Assembly (NCBI GenBank): GCA_964363635.1 | Contig: CAYIIU010000003.1 | Coordinates: 1-63,451 of the forward strand | Length of the DNA stretch: 63,451 bases | Reading direction: 5' to 3' | From: an uncultured archaeon | Lineage (GTDB): Archaea > Iainarchaeota > Iainarchaeia > Iainarchaeales > VGJJ01 | The notes under the pieces: model-generated | The model's database searches: none | Seen by the model: the letters and a program-made list of their open reading frames with translations, nothing else | Told to the model about the DNA's origin: nothing | Shown: positions 61,647-63,451 of the stretch, one piece after another | Layout: each line of letters starts with the position of its first letter | Position numbering within the stretch: the stretch's first letter is position 1 | Made by a program: the position numbers and the translations under genes

Positions 61647-62813
61647 ATGTCAAACCCCTATGACCCCCAAAGTCCGGCTAAACCAGATTATTTTGGAGGC
61701 CGAAAGCACATCCTTCACGTGGCTAAGGAACGAATCGAAAAAGCAATCGAACAGAAGCAATCCGGCGGAATACTCGTTTTTGGCCATCGTGGCGTAGGGA
61801 AAACATCCCTCGTCAATAAAATCATCAGCCTGACCAAAATAGAAGAGAAAGATGAAAACAGACTTACTATCTATCGAAGATTAAGTAAAACAACATCGGA
61901 CAATGAACTTTATCAGATTATTACCGAAGACCTTGTTGAAGAAATTAATCATCGAAAAAATATTGTAGATAAAGCTAAAGATATTGCAAAAACAATCACG
62001 TCGGCAAAAGCTTTTGAAATTGAATTCACCATTTCCGAAGAGTTCAAACAAAAAAGTGCTTTCCATAAATGGCGCACGCTCATACGAACATTAAAAGGAG
62101 TTGAATTCATTCTAGTAGCAATTGATGATGCAGACAACTTATCACATGAAGCATTGGGAGAATTAAAAACAATTATAGAAGAACAAAATGCGACACCAGT
62201 TATTCTAGTCGTCTCCGGCGGAATTGAATTTGAATCGAAGTTGGTAGAGGAATATTCTCCAATTGCACGTGTTTTCTCTGGAGCAAGTTTTAACCTTGGG
62301 GAATTCACCCTAGAAGAAACAAAAGAAGTTCTAGAAAAACCACTCAAAAATAATCCAACCGTTAGATGGACAAACGATGGAATACTAGAGGTTCAAACTC
62401 TCTCGAGAGGATACCCCTATCTTGTCCAATGCCTCGCACATGCTAGTTTCATAGAAAATGGAACAATTGACCGAAAAAGAGTCGCTGATTCACTTGATGC
62501 AGCGCTCAAACTGGGCAGCCCTTGGTTGAACCATGAATTAAAAAGTGCTTCAGACACCGATATTGGCTGTTTTCTTAAAATCATTGACTTAAATCTGGAC
62601 ATACTCAAAAATAGTGACATGGCAAAAGTCGGCGTACAGCCGGTTTACATCGGCCGACTCGTTAAACTAAAAGTGGTTGAACAAATAAGTCGAGGAAGAT
62701 ACAAATTGATTAAACCACCAATCGTTGCATTCTACCATAGCCTCAAAAGAGGACTTTTACCAGCCATCAATCGAAAAGGAATGCAAAGTAAACTGTCAGC
62801 CGAAATTAAATAG
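61647..62813 (+). CDS. orphan AAA/Arch_ATPase-like NTPase with a C-terminal winged-helix-like region
   Basis: YFGGRKHIL...ILVFGHRGVGKTSLVNKI (Walker A), ILVAIDDADNL (Walker B) and RGYPYLVQCLAH. Confidence 0.75.
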   Translation: MSNPYDPQSPAKPDYFGGRKHILHVAKERIEKAIEQKQSGGILVFGHRGVGKTSLVNKIISLTKIEEKDENRLTIYRRLSKTTSDNELYQIITEDLVEEINHRKNIVDKAKDIAKTITSAKAFEIEFTISEEFKQKSAFHKWRTLIRTLKGVEFILVAIDDADNLSHEALGELKTIIEEQNATPVILVVSGGIEFESKLVEEYSPIARVFSGASFNLGEFTLEETKEVLEKPLKNNPTVRWTNDGILEVQTLSRGYPYLVQCLAHASFIENGTIDRKRVADSLDAALKLGSPWLNHELKSASDTDIGCFLKIIDLNLDILKNSDMAKVGVQPVYIGRLVKLKVVEQISRGRYKLIKPPIVAFYHSLKRGLLPAINRKGMQSKLSAEIK

Positions 62814-62819
62814 TCACAA

Positions 62820-63080
62820 TTAGAGAAGCGTCATGCCTTCAACTTCCACACTCTCCACGGAGGGAAGTTGTTCGATCTCTTTAGTCAAAAGTTCAATGGC
62901 ATCGTCTTTCTTCTCGGGAATCAAATAACCGGCCTTTAACACAACAATACCAAATCCAATGGGAGCGCGCTGCACGTCCTTGCATTCGCCATTTTTGCAC
63001 GCGCGGAGCTCTTTCTCCGTCTGTTCCAAGTTTTCCATGTCTTTAGGATTGACTTTGAAAATGATGAAGGTTTTACCCAT
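62820..63080 (-). CDS. ef1b: translation elongation factor aEF-1beta
   Basis: MGKTFIIFKVNPKD...PIGFGIVVLKAGYLIPEKKDD...VESVEVEGMTLL. ATG at 63080. Confidence 0.85.
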   Translation of the reverse strand: MGKTFIIFKVNPKDMENLEQTEKELRACKNGECKDVQRAPIGFGIVVLKAGYLIPEKKDDAIELLTKEIEQLPSVESVEVEGMTLL

Positions 63081-63107
63081 AAAGGTCAACTCTCAACGAA
63101 TACAGAA

Positions 63108-63257
63108 CTACGGTCCCACAAACCCTTCACTGGAATAAAGCTTGGACGAAGCGCGGCAATGGGCGCAGCGCACAATCTTGACCTTCGTGTTGGCGGGGTT
63201 GGGAAATTCGACGAAATCATCGATGACTTGCTTATTGCATGATGTACATGTCTTCAT
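63108..63257 (-). CDS. 49-aa zinc-ribbon protein upstream of aEF-1beta, not in the ORF track
   Basis: My translation is MKTCTSCNKQVIDDFVEFPNPANTKVKIVRCAHCRASSKLYSSEGFVGP (CxxC...CxxC). From memory, a small Zn-ribbon gene commonly precedes aEF-1beta in archaea. Confidence 0.55.
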   Translation of the reverse strand: MKTCTSCNKQVIDDFVEFPNPANTKVKIVRCAHCRASSKLYSSEGFVGP

Positions 63258-63396
63258 AGACGAAAACCCCTGAGAAACGAATATAAATGAAACTCAGAGG
63301 GGCCTGAAAACCTCTTTGAAAGGGCTAAATGTCAGCCATTAAAACACGCGTTTAATAGGCTTTGTCGACCATTTTTTTATAGTTAGAGCAACGGTT

Positions 63397-63451
63397 GGCC
63401 CCGTAGCTTAGTCTGGATAGAGTGTCGGGCTTCGGACCCGAAGGTCGGGGG
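63397..63451 (+). tRNA. tRNA-Arg (anticodon UCG), 3' part cut by the window edge
   Basis: Folded by hand: acceptor GGCCCCG, U8, D-arm GCUU/AGUCUGGAUA/GAGU, anticodon stem UCGGG/CCCGA, loop CU-UCG-GA, variable AGGUC, and the start of the T-stem GGGGG. A/T-rich boxes lie at 63351-63381 upstream. Confidence 0.8.

Noticed and set aside
63351-63381. TATA box assignment for the tRNA-Arg gene.
   Set aside because: Two A/T-rich boxes are present (TTTAATA and TTTTTTTATA). The closer one is too near the mature 5' end for the usual spacing of about 26 nt, so I do not commit to a promoter call.
1-63451. I looked for CRISPR arrays, rRNA genes, transposases, integrases and reverse transcriptase/DGR components.
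   Set aside because: I saw no regularly spaced 25-40-nt direct repeats, no rRNA-like conserved stretches, and no DDE, tyrosine-recombinase, serine-recombinase or RT motifs in any ORF.

Overview
This is a 63.4-kb chromosomal segment that reads as archaeal. It encodes Orc1/Cdc6, the RFC large subunit, archaeal-type DnaG, Hjc, NurA/HerA/Rad50, Pth2, aEF-1beta, RpoK, S17e, Cdc48 and many proteins with class III (archaeal prepilin) signal peptides. Many proteins are short or single-domain versions and biosynthetic genes are scarce. That fits a small-genome, possibly DPANN-like, surface-attached lifestyle, but this is inference only. I call about 80 CDS and one tRNA-Arg(UCG) cut by the right edge. 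I saw no rRNA, CRISPR array, transposase or integrase. Four things stand out. (1) An 11.7-kb, 17-gene Epd/Tad-like type IV filament locus (30436-42136). Its CpaF/TadA-like ATPase is interrupted by a 182-codon mini-intein, and it contains three tandem 54-58-aa pilin genes that the ORF track missed. (2) A second six-gene pilin cluster (19945-22157) plus an M50 protease, bracketed by inverted copies of a composite hairpin repeat. (3) Several accessory islets that look A/T-richer by eye (GC was not computed). These are a two-methylase/one-nuclease R-M cassette, HicAB, a sigma-70-like protein, a Fic protein, a stand-alone RelA/SpoT-family synthetase-like protein and an orphan AAA ATPase. (4) Pervasive families of intergenic palindromes and hairpins, including palindromic oligo-T terminators fused to stop codons and an exact 17-mer repeated 40 kb apart. 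All family assignments come from reading motifs by eye. No database search was run.
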